From NCBI GenBank assembly GCA_963700985.1, contig OY969554.1, positions 1,376,001 through 1,440,000 of the forward strand: a DNA stretch of 64,000 nucleotides. Reading direction: 5' to 3'. Source of the DNA: an uncultured Chlamydiales bacterium (lineage in GTDB: Bacteria; Chlamydiota; Chlamydiia; Chlamydiales; Rhabdochlamydiaceae). Below the pieces are notes generated by a model, which saw nothing but the letters and a program-made list of their open reading frames with translations, searched no databases and was not told the origin of the DNA. This document shows, in pieces, positions 1-15,163 of this stretch (positions are counted from its first letter, which is position 1; each line of letters begins with the position of its first letter). The position numbers were made by a program, and so were the translations under genes.

Positions 1-1
1 G

Positions 2-892
2 GTTGAAGTTGAGTTGCAAAAACAGCCCTCCGACGAATATCGTAAGCTGGTTGAAACGGCGCTTTTGAAAGCTGGGGCAAGCCATCAGGACTTCCAGGTG
101 AGGGAACTTACTCCATCTAATAACATCCGTATCTTCTTAAGCCGTAGCATGGAACAATCCGGACGCCCTTTCTATGGCCTTCAAAACCAAGAAGTTAGCC
201 GTGAGTTGCTCTACTCCTACGAGGCGAATCCCAAACTCGTTTGGATTGTTAATGCGCTGCAGCAATCGCATGTTCCTCTTTCCGAAAAATCCATGCAAGA
301 TCTAGACAAGAGCTGGTCATCGGTCAGCGGACAGATGTCCGATGCAATGCGCACCTCGGCTTTAATCGGCCTAGGCCTTGCGCTTCTGTGCATCTTGATT
401 TACATAACTATTCGCTTTGAGTTTAAATACGCCATTTCTGCCACAATTTGTTTGGCACATGACGTGATTTTCACAGTTGGTATGGTTGCGGTTCTGCATG
501 CGTTAAAGGTTCCCGTTCAGATCGACTTGAATACGATTGCGGCCCTAATGACGATTGTGGGCTACTCTCTTAACGATACGATCATCATTTTTGATAGAAT
601 TCGCGAAGATTTACGGCTCATGCGTAAATCCTCATTTAGCGAAATCATCAATCATGCACTGAATGCAACATTAAGCCGAACCATGATGACTTCAGGGATT
701 ACACTCCTCGTGCTTGTGCCTCTTGTTGCACTGGGCGGAAGTACGATCTTTGGGTTTGCATTGGTTATGAGCATTGGAGTGATCTTCGGTACACTCTCTT
801 CTCTCTTTATTGCCGCGCCTTTGCTGCAATATTTCCATTTAAAAGAGAGCAAGAAAAACCGAACTTTCATCCCGGATCAAACCGAGTCTTAA
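2..892 (+). CDS. secDF: Protein translocase SecDF, C-terminal SecF part (5' partial)
   Basis: Motifs YITIRFE, LAHDV, GYSLNDTIIIFDRIRE, TLSRTMMTS; frame is open to the window start. Confidence 0.95.
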   Translation, partial: VEVELQKQPSDEYRKLVETALLKAGASHQDFQVRELTPSNNIRIFLSRSMEQSGRPFYGLQNQEVSRELLYSYEANPKLVWIVNALQQSHVPLSEKSMQDLDKSWSSVSGQMSDAMRTSALIGLGLALLCILIYITIRFEFKYAISATICLAHDVIFTVGMVAVLHALKVPVQIDLNTIAALMTIVGYSLNDTIIIFDRIREDLRLMRKSSFSEIINHALNATLSRTMMTSGITLLVLVPLVALGGSTIFGFALVMSIGVIFGTLSSLFIAAPLLQYFHLKESKKNRTFIPDQTES

Positions 893-905
893 AAAAGGAA
901 GAATA

Positions 906-948
906 AATTTCATCAGCGCCTCCATTCCCCCTAAGCGCTGATGAAATT
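906..948 (+). terminator. 14-bp stem hairpin after secDF
   Basis: aatttcatcagcgc (906-919) pairs with gcgctgatgaaatt (935-948). Confidence 0.55.
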
Positions 949-1092
949 CATCTTTAACTTTATCTGGCCACTCGTGTCCCTCCCGCCCATTAAAAAACAA
1001 ACTACAACCCCGTTCAAAAGCTAGCTGGGTTTTTAATTCCAAGGCTGCGTATAATGGGGCTCACTATCAAATATTTTTGAGATACCCAAAAA

Positions 1093-2892
1093 ATGGAAAC
1101 TTCTGATGCGCAAAAGGTTAATTCCCTTGCAGAGGAAGGCAGAAGGATAATTGATGCTGAAGGACGCAAACGTAATATTAATCCACTATGGGTCTACCCA
1201 GACTCCGATCCTGAATGGATTAAAACGATCATCAGCGAATTCAATATCCACCCTGTCACAGCACAGGTTTTAGCCTCCCGAGGATTCACTGATCTCGAAG
1301 AGATCCATGATTACCTCTATGCAAAGTTGCCCGATCTTTTCGATCCCAACCTTTTCCCCGATATGGGAAAAGCCGTTGAGAGAGTTTTGACAGCACTTAA
1401 AAACGGCGAACACATTTTAATCTACGGCGATAATGACGTAGATGGAATGACCGCATCTACTTTACTTACTGAATTTCTTCAGTTCATTGGTGCCAAGGTC
1501 TTTTATTACATTTCAAACCGCGTTTCTTTAAAGCAGAGCATGATGCTCGACGCGCTTGATTATGCGATTAAAAATAATTGTAAACTCCTTATCACTGCCG
1601 ATTGCGGCATTACGTCGGTGGATGAGATCGAAGAAGCTGTCAAAAGAGGCATCGATGTCATTATCACCGATCACCATGAACCAACAGCGCGTCTTCCTCA
1701 TTGTGTAGCAACGCTAAATCCCAAAGTAGAAGGAAGCACCTATCCCAACCGCGAGCTCACAGGGGTCGGAGTCGCCTTTAAACTTGCGCATGCTGTGACG
1801 AACCAGTTGATTACAAATGGAGAGATTGCCGAAACAAAGATCGATCTTAAGCGCTATTTAGACCTAGTGGCCATGGGAACGATAGCCGATATGGGATCAC
1901 TTCGTGGAGAAAACCGAATTCTCGTCCGTTATGGTTTAAAACAGACACGCAAAACTAAGCGAATCGGGCTTGCAAAGCTCTTTTCGATTTGCGAATTAAA
2001 AACGAGCGAGATTACACCCATTGATATCGCTTCAAAAGTTGCACCGCGCTTAAATAGTCTTGGCCGTATTGCCGATCCTAAAAAAGGCGTTGAACTTTTG
2101 CTTATTCGCGATAGCATTCTTGCGGAAGCGCTTGCTAAAGAACTTGATCTAAATAATCTCGAAAGACAAAAAATTGAAAGACGCGATGCGGAAGATATCG
2201 ATCAATTTCTTATCAAACATCCAGAAGTCTTTGATGAAAAAGCAATTGTACTTGCATCAGAAAAATGGCATCCAGGAATTATTCCTATAATTACTGCGCG
2301 CATCGCAAAAACCTATAATCGTCCAACCATTGTAATAGCAATTGAAGATGGAATTGGTAAAGGTTCAATGCGGACGATTCCCGAATTTCCGCTTCTCTCA
2401 TTCTTGAAAGAAAATGCAGATATATTGATTAATTTTGGTGGTCATGATTTTGCCGCAGGCCTTACCATCCATCAGGAAAACATCCCCGTCTTTAAACAAC
2501 GCTTCCTTAAAGCGGCCAATTATCAACTCAAAGATCAAGACGTCGCACCTAAATTGCACCTGGATGCAAAAATCGGCTTTGGCGACTTAACCTTCGATTT
2601 CCTCGAATCGCTTAATCTCTTAGAACCTTTCGGTAATGAGAATCCAGTTCCAATTCTCTACTGTGATGCCAAACAAATCTGGCTACCTAAGGTTGTTGGC
2701 AAGACACACCTTAAGTTATATCTAGAACAGAATGAGCGTTTCTTAGAGGGTATTGCATTTGGAATGGCCGAGAGAAGGCCAATGCTAGCTAAAAAAAACC
2801 TAACGCTTAGAATTGCATTTACACCACATGTAAATACCTTCCTGAACAAATCGAGCATCCAACTTCAAATCCGCGACTTTCAAGTCATTTAA
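1093..2892 (+). CDS. recJ: ssDNA exonuclease RecJ
   Basis: YGDNDVDG, ITADCG, ITDHH, GTIADM, PRLNSLGR, GGHDFAAG, LEPFG motifs. Confidence 0.96.
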   Translation: METSDAQKVNSLAEEGRRIIDAEGRKRNINPLWVYPDSDPEWIKTIISEFNIHPVTAQVLASRGFTDLEEIHDYLYAKLPDLFDPNLFPDMGKAVERVLTALKNGEHILIYGDNDVDGMTASTLLTEFLQFIGAKVFYYISNRVSLKQSMMLDALDYAIKNNCKLLITADCGITSVDEIEEAVKRGIDVIITDHHEPTARLPHCVATLNPKVEGSTYPNRELTGVGVAFKLAHAVTNQLITNGEIAETKIDLKRYLDLVAMGTIADMGSLRGENRILVRYGLKQTRKTKRIGLAKLFSICELKTSEITPIDIASKVAPRLNSLGRIADPKKGVELLLIRDSILAEALAKELDLNNLERQKIERRDAEDIDQFLIKHPEVFDEKAIVLASEKWHPGIIPIITARIAKTYNRPTIVIAIEDGIGKGSMRTIPEFPLLSFLKENADILINFGGHDFAAGLTIHQENIPVFKQRFLKAANYQLKDQDVAPKLHLDAKIGFGDLTFDFLESLNLLEPFGNENPVPILYCDAKQIWLPKVVGKTHLKLYLEQNERFLEGIAFGMAERRPMLAKKNLTLRIAFTPHVNTFLNKSSIQLQIRDFQVI

Positions 2893-2900
2893 ACAATAAT

Positions 2901-2940
2901 AAAAAAGTCATCTGGCCAGGGCCAGATGACTTTACTTTTT
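2901..2940. terminator. Bidirectional intrinsic terminator between convergent recJ and euo
   Basis: aaagtcatctggcc / ggccagatgacttt stem flanked by A and T tracts. Confidence 0.75.
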
Positions 2941-3000
2941 TGCGCGAAAAAGCTGAGACGTCGAAACAAAAAAGAAATAAAGAGAGATCAACGATCTCCC

Positions 3001-3459
3001 TTACATTCCTTCAGCGTTCTGACTTCTTTTGTTTAGATAGTTCTCTTGGTATTCTTTCACGTCATTTGCGTGAACAACCCAAGCAGCACCACGTCGAGTA
3101 GCTTTCAATAGACCAACGCGTGTCGCATAATAAATCTTCTGCGCAGGCACGTTCATCATCTTTGCAACCTGGTTTACTGAATAGAAACCTTTCAGGTTAT
3201 CAAATAAAAGCTCGCCGTTAAACATCGATTTCGTTCTTGAATACTTGAGTTTACGATAGTTCTCAAGATCATCTAAACTAATCGTCCATCGCGTTGTATC
3301 TTTAGATGCTTTAAGCTTCTTTTGCTTAATCGCAACATAAATAGCTTGCCGAGTAACATTGTTAATCCGCGCAGCTTCCGTGATGGATACTACTTTTCTT
3401 GAGGGTGAAGAATCCTCAATAATGACACCGTCTGTTAATTGTGATGTGTCGTGTTCCAT
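3001..3459 (-). CDS. euo: Chlamydial developmental regulator EUO (two HTH domains)
   Basis: VSITEAA..NVTRQAIYVAIKQKKLKA and YSVNQVA..VPAQKIYYATR; next to recJ as in other chlamydiae. Confidence 0.93.
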   Translation of the reverse strand: MEHDTSQLTDGVIIEDSSPSRKVVSITEAARINNVTRQAIYVAIKQKKLKASKDTTRWTISLDDLENYRKLKYSRTKSMFNGELLFDNLKGFYSVNQVAKMMNVPAQKIYYATRVGLLKATRRGAAWVVHANDVKEYQENYLNKRSQNAEGM

Positions 3460-3751
3460 GTTTTTTTCCTCCTAATTGTAACTCATTTCAATGAGGCACT
3501 GTTAATATTCTCAACAGCTGGCCTCTCAATTTTACGTTTTTTTCTAAGCCAAAATAGGTTTCTTTTTATTATTAGACTATCATCTATAATGGTGATGAAT
3601 AATTATGACATAAAATTGAATTGAGGGCAACCGTCATTTGATTTTTTTGACTAAATTTTTATTTGTCGTTCTTCATTCTGAAGCATTTCTCTTGGCCATA
3701 AACATTTAAATTGCTGTATGCTACGAAATTACCCCATAGAGTGAGGTCCAC

Positions 3752-5734
3752 ATGCGTTTTCGCCTTGTATTTCTCGGTCTTTTTATTCTTTCGACCTATC
3801 TCCTTGAGGCTAAACCCCCTGCGCTCTCTTCTCGCGACACTAAAATAAAAATCGAAGAAATTCTAAAAGCTCACGTTTGTCATCAAGCGATTACACGTGA
3901 ATTAATCAAACGTTCTATAGAAAATTATCTTGAAGAAGTCGATCCTGCTAAAACCTATTTTATTGAATCTGAGATAGTTACGTGGATTAATCCTTCTGAA
4001 GAACTCTTAACTAAGACCTTAGAAGCTTATAAAAAGGAGGACTTTAGCGTTTTTGAGGCTATTCACGAGGTTTTCATTAAAGCTATTGACCGTCGCAACA
4101 CTTTGGAAGCAAGAGTGCTTTCTAGCCCCCTTCCTAAGGGCGTACAGCCGAAAGAATTTAAAGATCTAGAATGGGCTAAGGATGAAGATGAGCTTTTTAC
4201 ACGCCTCTCTCGCATAAGATCCTTACAAATAGAGACTTCAGAAAAACTTAACCAAGAGAGCAAAGACAAATTTCTTGAACGCTTAACTAAAAGACGCATC
4301 AATCGCGAAAGCGAATTGGCCGGCCAAAATGCTAGCGAAAAGAAGCAAATCACTCTTTCTTATGTACTTAAGTCTGTAACATCCGCTCTTGATTCTCAGA
4401 CTTCATACTTTACTCCAGCTGAAGCGAATCAATTCATGATTCAAGTTCAACAGAGGCTCTTTGGAATTGGAGCCCAACTACGCGATGATTTAAGCGGCTT
4501 TACAATCATGCGCCTGCTTGAAGAAGGGCCTGCTAGCCGGGGCAAAAAACTCAAGGTAAACGACCGCATTATCGCTGTTAATGGCGAGCCTGTTGTAGGA
4601 ATGGAGATCACTGAAGCAGTAGAGCTTATTCGCGGTCAACAAGGCACGGCGGTCATGCTTACGATCCTGAGATCTAGTGGTGAAGGCGAAAGTAAAGCTG
4701 AAGAAAAATTAGATATTGAAATTGTACGTGGCGAGGTAGTTCTAAAAGAGACGCGTCTTGAGACCACATATGAGCCTTATGGCGATGGCGTGATTGGAAT
4801 TCTTCATCTCTTCTCATTTTATCAAGATTCTAATAGTTCTTCTACCGCTGATCTTTTTAAAGCTATTGAAGACCTTAAAAAAGAACATAATCTGAAGGGT
4901 ATTGTTCTCGATCTGCGCAGTAATGCTGGTGGATTGCTTCCTCAAGCTGTTTCAGTTACAGGCTTGTTCATCACTAAAGGCGTAGTTGTTTCTGTTAAGG
5001 ATAATAGTGGTACCGTACAACGTTTGCGCAATATTGAAGGTAAACCAGCATGGGACGGCCCTCTTATTGTGCTCACAAACCGCGCAAGCGCATCCGCAGC
5101 GGAAATTGTCGCTCAAACACTACAAGATTATGGCCGAGCACTTGTTGTTGGTGATAAAGAAAGCTATGGTAAAGGCACTTTTCAAACGTTCACTTTAGAA
5201 TCTGCGCATTACGGAAAAGTAAATCCTAAAGGTGAATATAAAGTCACACGCGGCAGGTATTATACAGTATCCGGAAAAAGCCCACAGTTGACTGGTGTAT
5301 CTGCGGATATTGTTGTGCCAGGAATTTTCTCAGATATGGAAATCGGTGAAAAATATGCTAAATTTCCTGTCGAAAACGATCAGATTGAGCCTAGCTTTGA
5401 AGATGATCTTTCAGATATTCCTTTTGGGCATCGCGACCAGATCGCCAAACTCTATCGCTTTAATCTGCAACCAATCCTCAAAACCTATCAGCCCTATCTT
5501 ACTTTTTTGAATAAAAATTCCCAGGAGCGTATCGAAAAAAACAAAAACTATCAGAGTTTTTTGAAAGAGGTCGCCAAGAAGGAAGAATTCTCAGAGGATG
5601 CGCTGCCCTTTGGTCAAGTCGATCTCCAGCTCGAAGAATCGATCAATATCATTAAAGATTTGATTTTCTTAATGCAGCAGGATAAATCGCTTGCGCTAGC
5701 CTCGCCGCTTGCCCCTCGCTCCTCAAGCAACTAA
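3752..5734 (+). CDS. tsp: Tail-specific protease (S41, PDZ)
   Basis: Signal peptide, GIGAQL, DLRSNAGG, SASAAEI, YGKGTFQ. Confidence 0.93.
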   Translation: MRFRLVFLGLFILSTYLLEAKPPALSSRDTKIKIEEILKAHVCHQAITRELIKRSIENYLEEVDPAKTYFIESEIVTWINPSEELLTKTLEAYKKEDFSVFEAIHEVFIKAIDRRNTLEARVLSSPLPKGVQPKEFKDLEWAKDEDELFTRLSRIRSLQIETSEKLNQESKDKFLERLTKRRINRESELAGQNASEKKQITLSYVLKSVTSALDSQTSYFTPAEANQFMIQVQQRLFGIGAQLRDDLSGFTIMRLLEEGPASRGKKLKVNDRIIAVNGEPVVGMEITEAVELIRGQQGTAVMLTILRSSGEGESKAEEKLDIEIVRGEVVLKETRLETTYEPYGDGVIGILHLFSFYQDSNSSSTADLFKAIEDLKKEHNLKGIVLDLRSNAGGLLPQAVSVTGLFITKGVVVSVKDNSGTVQRLRNIEGKPAWDGPLIVLTNRASASAAEIVAQTLQDYGRALVVGDKESYGKGTFQTFTLESAHYGKVNPKGEYKVTRGRYYTVSGKSPQLTGVSADIVVPGIFSDMEIGEKYAKFPVENDQIEPSFEDDLSDIPFGHRDQIAKLYRFNLQPILKTYQPYLTFLNKNSQERIEKNKNYQSFLKEVAKKEEFSEDALPFGQVDLQLEESINIIKDLIFLMQQDKSLALASPLAPRSSSN

Positions 5735-5820
5735 ACATTTTTATATAAAAATGCTGCGCTTGCTTTCTTTGCCAAAAAAGCTAAGAATAGTAGCACCTTT
5801 ATTCACACTTTAAGAAAAAA

Positions 5821-7323
5821 ATGACAGTACGCGTACGCATTGCTCCATCACCAACTGGCGACCCTCATGTAGGCACAGCCTATATGGCTCTCTTCAATCT
5901 CATTTTCGCGCGTCATTATAATGGCAAATTCATCTTGCGCATTGAGGATACTGATCGCACTCGCTCGCGTCCTGAATACGAAAAGAGTATTTTCGATGCA
6001 CTGAACTGGGCGGGCCTTCAATGGGATGAAGGGCCAGATGTAGGCGGACCTTTTGGCCCCTATCGCCAATCAGAAAGAACAGAGATCTATCGTCAGTATT
6101 GCCAAAAGCTGCTGGATGATAATAAAGCCTACAAGTGCTTCGCTACGCCAGAAGAACTTGCTGAGATGCGCGAGATGAGCATTAAGCTCGGACAACGCGT
6201 CGGCTATGACCGCCGCTATCGCAACTGCAGCCCCGAAGAAGTAGCTCGTCGCGAAAAAGAGGGTCAACCTTTTGTTGTGCGCCTAAAAGTGCCTCTGACA
6301 GGCGAATGCGTATATGAAGACGGAATCAAAGGCCGCATCACCTGTCCATGGGCGGATATCGATGATCAGGTGCTTTTAAAATCGGATGGCTTCCCCACTT
6401 ACCATTTAGCTAACGTCGTCGATGATCATTTGATGCAGATCAGCCACGTCATCCGCGGAGATGAGTGGATGAGCTCTACGCCTAAGCATATCTTACTTTA
6501 TGAATCATTTGGATGGACGCCACCAGTCTTTATGCATATGCCTCTTCTGCTCGGAAAAGATGGCAAAAAGCTTTCTAAGCGCCGCAATCCAACTTCAATT
6601 TTCTACTATCGCGATAGTGGCTATCTTCCTGAAGCCTTTGTTAACTTTTTGACTCTGATGGGCTACAGCATGAAGGATGACAAAGAGATCTATGGTCTAG
6701 ATGAGATCATTCGCGAGTTCGATCCAAAAAGAATTGGGGTTTCAGGTGCTTTCTTCGATATGCAAAAACTCGAGTGGTTGAATCAGCAGTACCTTATCAA
6801 CCATATCCCTGAAAATCAACTTTGGGAAAAGATCAAAGCGTGGAGCTTTAACGACGCTTTTATGCAAAAGCTCATGCCACTGGTGCATACACGCATCAAG
6901 ACATTTGGCGAATTTATGGAGCTGTGTGAATTTCTATTCATCAACCACGTTCCTTATACTGATGAACTCCTCTGCCCTGGGCAGCTTGCCAAAGATAAAG
7001 CCGCGCTTGTTTTGCAAGCCGTGATCATGAGTTTAGATGAACAGGAAGATTGGGGAAAAACAGGCATTGAAAAGGCTTCTCACGAGGTAGCAGATGTCTT
7101 CGGCGCCAACTACAAAAAAGTCATGATTCCCATTTTATATGGCACCATCATGGGCAAACGCTTTGGGCCACCTCTATTTGATTCCGTGGGAATCTTAGGA
7201 AAAGATCGCACCCGCGCACGCCTACTTCAAGCGATTGAATTTCTCGGGGGGATCTCGAATAAGAAAATGGATCTTTTAACAAAAGGATGGACGAAACGAG
7301 ATTGCAAAGAACTACTTCAGTAA
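5821..7323 (+). CDS. gltX: Glutamate--tRNA ligase
   Basis: [24 protein letters not shown]. Confidence 0.97.
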   Translation: MTVRVRIAPSPTGDPHVGTAYMALFNLIFARHYNGKFILRIEDTDRTRSRPEYEKSIFDALNWAGLQWDEGPDVGGPFGPYRQSERTEIYRQYCQKLLDDNKAYKCFATPEELAEMREMSIKLGQRVGYDRRYRNCSPEEVARREKEGQPFVVRLKVPLTGECVYEDGIKGRITCPWADIDDQVLLKSDGFPTYHLANVVDDHLMQISHVIRGDEWMSSTPKHILLYESFGWTPPVFMHMPLLLGKDGKKLSKRRNPTSIFYYRDSGYLPEAFVNFLTLMGYSMKDDKEIYGLDEIIREFDPKRIGVSGAFFDMQKLEWLNQQYLINHIPENQLWEKIKAWSFNDAFMQKLMPLVHTRIKTFGEFMELCEFLFINHVPYTDELLCPGQLAKDKAALVLQAVIMSLDEQEDWGKTGIEKASHEVADVFGANYKKVMIPILYGTIMGKRFGPPLFDSVGILGKDRTRARLLQAIEFLGGISNKKMDLLTKGWTKRDCKELLQ

Positions 7324-7328
7324 CTTTT

Positions 7329-7502
7329 TTAATAAAGAACGCTATTTCTCCTGCGCTCCTCCTCCTGCTCGCTGTCCCGCTGCTGCTGCTCTTCTTCTTG
7401 CGAACTGTCCGAAATGATGTATACAGGCTGATTATATCCCGTGCTAAGGCATCCGCTAAGGAAGCTAGAGGCAAAAAGAATAAGAATTGTAATTCGTTGC
7501 AT
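7329..7502 (-). CDS. Small putative lipoprotein with acidic Glu/Gln tail
   Basis: MQRITILILFASSFLSGC ends in a lipobox; fills the gltX-cysJ gap. Confidence 0.55.
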   Translation of the reverse strand: MQRITILILFASSFLSGCLSTGYNQPVYIISDSSQEEEQQQRDSEQEEERRRNSVLY

Positions 7503-7533
7503 AACTATTAACATTTATATTTTTTAACGACTT

Positions 7534-8718
7534 TTGTCTATGACTATTTCAGAAGGTGCCGATTCTAAAACTGTATTAAAGCCCTCTAAAGCTGCGCCTG
7601 TTTTGGCCACTATTAAGGAGCGTTATGCATTAACTCGCCCAGGATCGAGCAAAGAGACCTATCATATCTCTCTGGATCTGAAAAATTTACCTGTCGATTT
7701 TATGGTGGGAGATTCTCTCGGGATTTTTGGTCAAAACGATCCTATCCTCGTGCAACACCTTCTTGAAGCAATGGGTGCCACTGGCACAGAAATCATCTGC
7801 GACTTACGCACACAAGAGATGCTCTCCGTACGTAGCTTTCTACTTTCGCGTGCAAACCTTTCAAGACTCACCTCTTCTTTTCTCAAACTCTTTTATGAAC
7901 ATGGACAGGACAGCCCAAATAAAGAGCGAATCTGCGCTCTTCTCGACAAAGAGAATAAACCTCTTTTGACGGACTATTTAAGAACGAACGATCCGTTAGC
8001 TCTACTTAAAGAGTATCGCGATGTAAAAGCTCCTCTGCAAGAATTGTGTAATCAATTTGGACCTCTGCTTCCACGTTTTTATTCTGTGGCATCCTCACGG
8101 AAACTAGTCAAAGACGAAGTGCACCTCACGGTGGCGCTATCTTCCTACACCCATGGCGGAGAGCGAAGGTACGGGGTTGCAAGTCACTTTCTTTGCCATC
8201 TAGCTGAAGTGAATAAAACGCCGATTCCTCTGTATGTACAATCAGCGCACAGCTTTAGGCTGCCTGAAAAAGAAGATGCGCCCATCATCATGATCGGCCC
8301 CGGAACGGGTGTCGCACCTTTCCGTGCCTTTATGCAAGAACGTCTCGCACTTGCACATTCGGGGAAAAGCTGGCTCTTCTTTGGTGAGCGCAACAGACAT
8401 AGTGAATACTTTTATGAAGAGTTCTGGAGCTCGCTTGTCTCTCAGAAAAAATTGCGATTAGATCTCGCCTTCTCACGCGATCAAGCGGAGAAAGTCTATG
8501 TACAGCATCGCATGGCTGAAAATGCTGCTGACATCTGGGCTTGGCTACAAGAAGGCGCGTATATCTACGTATGTGGTGACGCTGAAAGAATGGCTAAAGA
8601 TGTCGACGTAACCCTAGTTCGTATTGTGGAAGAACATGGTAAACTGAGTTCCGAAGAAGCGAAAGCCTTTGTAAAAGGACTTCGCACTCAAAAACGGTAC
8701 CTGCTTGATGTCTACTGA
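7534..8718 (+). CDS. cysJ: Sulfite reductase flavoprotein-like FAD/NADPH oxidoreductase without flavodoxin domain
   Basis: PRFYSVASS, MIGPGTGVAPFRAF, LFFGER, AFSRDQ, YVCGDA, C-terminal DVY. Confidence 0.88.
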   Translation: MSMTISEGADSKTVLKPSKAAPVLATIKERYALTRPGSSKETYHISLDLKNLPVDFMVGDSLGIFGQNDPILVQHLLEAMGATGTEIICDLRTQEMLSVRSFLLSRANLSRLTSSFLKLFYEHGQDSPNKERICALLDKENKPLLTDYLRTNDPLALLKEYRDVKAPLQELCNQFGPLLPRFYSVASSRKLVKDEVHLTVALSSYTHGGERRYGVASHFLCHLAEVNKTPIPLYVQSAHSFRLPEKEDAPIIMIGPGTGVAPFRAFMQERLALAHSGKSWLFFGERNRHSEYFYEEFWSSLVSQKKLRLDLAFSRDQAEKVYVQHRMAENAADIWAWLQEGAYIYVCGDAERMAKDVDVTLVRIVEEHGKLSSEEAKAFVKGLRTQKRYLLDVY

Positions 8719-9940
8719 TCGTGGCTGCGCTAAAACTCGTTTAGCTCTTCTCTGGATGAATTTAAGTAGTGAGCCGCTGACAGCTCTTTATACGCTGCTG
8801 CCATTTATTCTACGCAAAGATATGCAGGCGTCGCTTCTGCAGCTATCCATCTTTATTACACTTAGGCCTGTGCTTTCCGTTTTCTCTTTTTATTGGAGTT
8901 CATACATCTCCAATCGGCGTGAAAAACTTAAGAACAACTTAATTGGCGCGTGGCTACTTGCTAGAGTGCCCTTCCTTCTACTTCCACTTATCGACAATGT
9001 CTGGTTTCTACTTTTAGCCGCCAGCTGCTACCAGCTTTTCAGCCGAGCTGGGAATCCAGCCTTGATTGAAATCTTAAAACTCAACATCCCTAAAACCCCA
9101 AGAGAAAAGGCCTTCTCATTCTATTATGTTTTAAGCTTCATTGAAAGTGTTGCCCTAGGCCTTACAATTGCCGATGTCTTAGATGGCAGCGGCGGATATT
9201 GGAGAATTCTCTTTTTGTTCGCCACGCTCATTGGATTAACTAGCATCCTGTTTCAGATGCGCATTCCAATCCCAAAAGATGAGAAGGAAGAGCGTGCGCC
9301 TTCGCGTCCGAATCTTATTGAACCTTGGAAACAGTGTTTTGCGCTGCTGCGAGCTAGGCCTGATTTCGCCCACTTTCAGTGGGGCTTTATGATCGGGGGC
9401 TTTGGCCTCATGCTCATTGCACCTGCACTTTCGCTCTTTTATGCGGATGATTTATCTCTCTCGCACGCTGATATCTCAATTGCACGCTTTGTGCTGATGG
9501 GAGTCGGTGTTGCCCTCTCTTCTTTCTTGTGGAGACGTGGAATTGAGAAGGTTCAGATCCATCGCCTGACCTCTTGGATCTTAATCGGTTTTGCCCTTTT
9601 CCCTCTTGCGCTGATGTGCGCGCCATATAGCAAAAACTTCCTCTACGTAGCCTTCTTTATCTATGGCATTGCTCAAGCCGGAAGCCATCTTCTTTGGAAT
9701 CTTTCCGGCACACTGTTCGCTGCCGAGGGTGATAGCTCTCCCTTTTCGACTACAAACATCCTGATGGTTGGGTTAAGAGGAGCCGTAGGTCCTTTGCTCG
9801 GCGGTCTGCTTTGCAACTTCTGCGGCACACTGCCAATGCTAGCCTGCGGCGTGCTGATCTCTCTTTACGGCTCATGGTACATGATCGCCAAAGGCCCAAA
9901 GAATATTCAAACCACAGAGACACAGAGAACACAGGGTTAA
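8708..9940 (+). CDS. MFS-type membrane transporter
   Basis: About 12 hydrophobic segments in ~410 aa; overlaps the cysJ stop. Confidence 0.75.
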   Translation: MSTDRGCAKTRLALLWMNLSSEPLTALYTLLPFILRKDMQASLLQLSIFITLRPVLSVFSFYWSSYISNRREKLKNNLIGAWLLARVPFLLLPLIDNVWFLLLAASCYQLFSRAGNPALIEILKLNIPKTPREKAFSFYYVLSFIESVALGLTIADVLDGSGGYWRILFLFATLIGLTSILFQMRIPIPKDEKEERAPSRPNLIEPWKQCFALLRARPDFAHFQWGFMIGGFGLMLIAPALSLFYADDLSLSHADISIARFVLMGVGVALSSFLWRRGIEKVQIHRLTSWILIGFALFPLALMCAPYSKNFLYVAFFIYGIAQAGSHLLWNLSGTLFAAEGDSSPFSTTNILMVGLRGAVGPLLGGLLCNFCGTLPMLACGVLISLYGSWYMIAKGPKNIQTTETQRTQG

Positions 9941-10093
9941 GAAAGAGAGATTATTTTTTCGCGAGCGAAGCGAAAAAACAACATCTTTGCGGCTTCGCCG
10001 ACATTCAGAAGGCGAAAGGATCGCGTTTTTTTGTTTCACTTACAAAAAAATGATCCTCTTTTCTTTACTCTATGTTCTCTGTGCCTCTGTGGT
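9911..10093. repeat. ~183-bp imperfect palindrome (REP/MITE-like)
   Basis: accacagagacacagagaacacaggg vs ctctatgttctctgtgcctctgtggt (23/26 complementary); inner arms also pair. Confidence 0.8.
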
Positions 10094-10104
10094 GAGTCTT
10101 TGTA

Positions 10105-10608
10105 TTAACTATGCAACGCTGACTCGGTTGTGGTTAGAATGCAGAAGCACTGCAGACCTTCACCACGGCCAAAAGATGTTAAGCCATCTCCGGATGTCAC
10201 AGTAATGCCCACTTGACTAGGCGCGATTTTCATGATCGCCGCAACTTTTGCACAAATCTCGGGGATTCGACGCTGCAAGCGCGGCCTTTGGCCTTCGATA
10301 GAAAGCGCCACATGTTGCACGCGTTGCTTGCCCAATGTCTCAAGCGCCCTTTCCAAATAAACTTGGCTATCTTTGATGCCTTCCTTGCGGCAAAGATCAA
10401 TGGCCAACTTGCCTAAAATCGGCACGCCTGTAAGCGATGTAATCGCGTTACAAATCGCATGAAAAACCACATCGCCATCTGAATCGGCTGAAAGGCCAGG
10501 TGCATCCGCAAAGATGAGCCCTCCGATCACGCAGGATTTTTCTGAATCTTTAGGCAAAAAGCCGTGGCTGTCTTGCCCAATACCTACGCGTACTTGTGGA
10601 AAGGACAT
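10105..10608 (-). CDS. ispF: 2-C-methyl-D-erythritol 2,4-cyclodiphosphate synthase
   Basis: RVGIGQDSH, SDGDVVFHAICNA, GLTSFGRGEG; start placed at MSFPQ. Confidence 0.93.
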   Translation of the reverse strand: MSFPQVRVGIGQDSHGFLPKDSEKSCVIGGLIFADAPGLSADSDGDVVFHAICNAITSLTGVPILGKLAIDLCRKEGIKDSQVYLERALETLGKQRVQHVALSIEGQRPRLQRRIPEICAKVAAIMKIAPSQVGITVTSGDGLTSFGRGEGLQCFCILTTTESALHS

Positions 10609-10777
10609 GTGTTCACCCAAAATTTTCAATTGGCTAGATCATAGCCATTTTTCTTTTTTTCTAAGGGAAAATCTAATTTAGCCAATCTGCTTAATAAAAA
10701 ATTCATTGCTAACAATATTCTGAAGAGCTAAAAAAGTTCCTTTATAAAGTTTTAACAATCCAGATCTACTCTACTGA

Positions 10778-15145
<4,368 letters not shown>

Positions 15146-15163
15146 GGATAAGAGGTTCATTTT

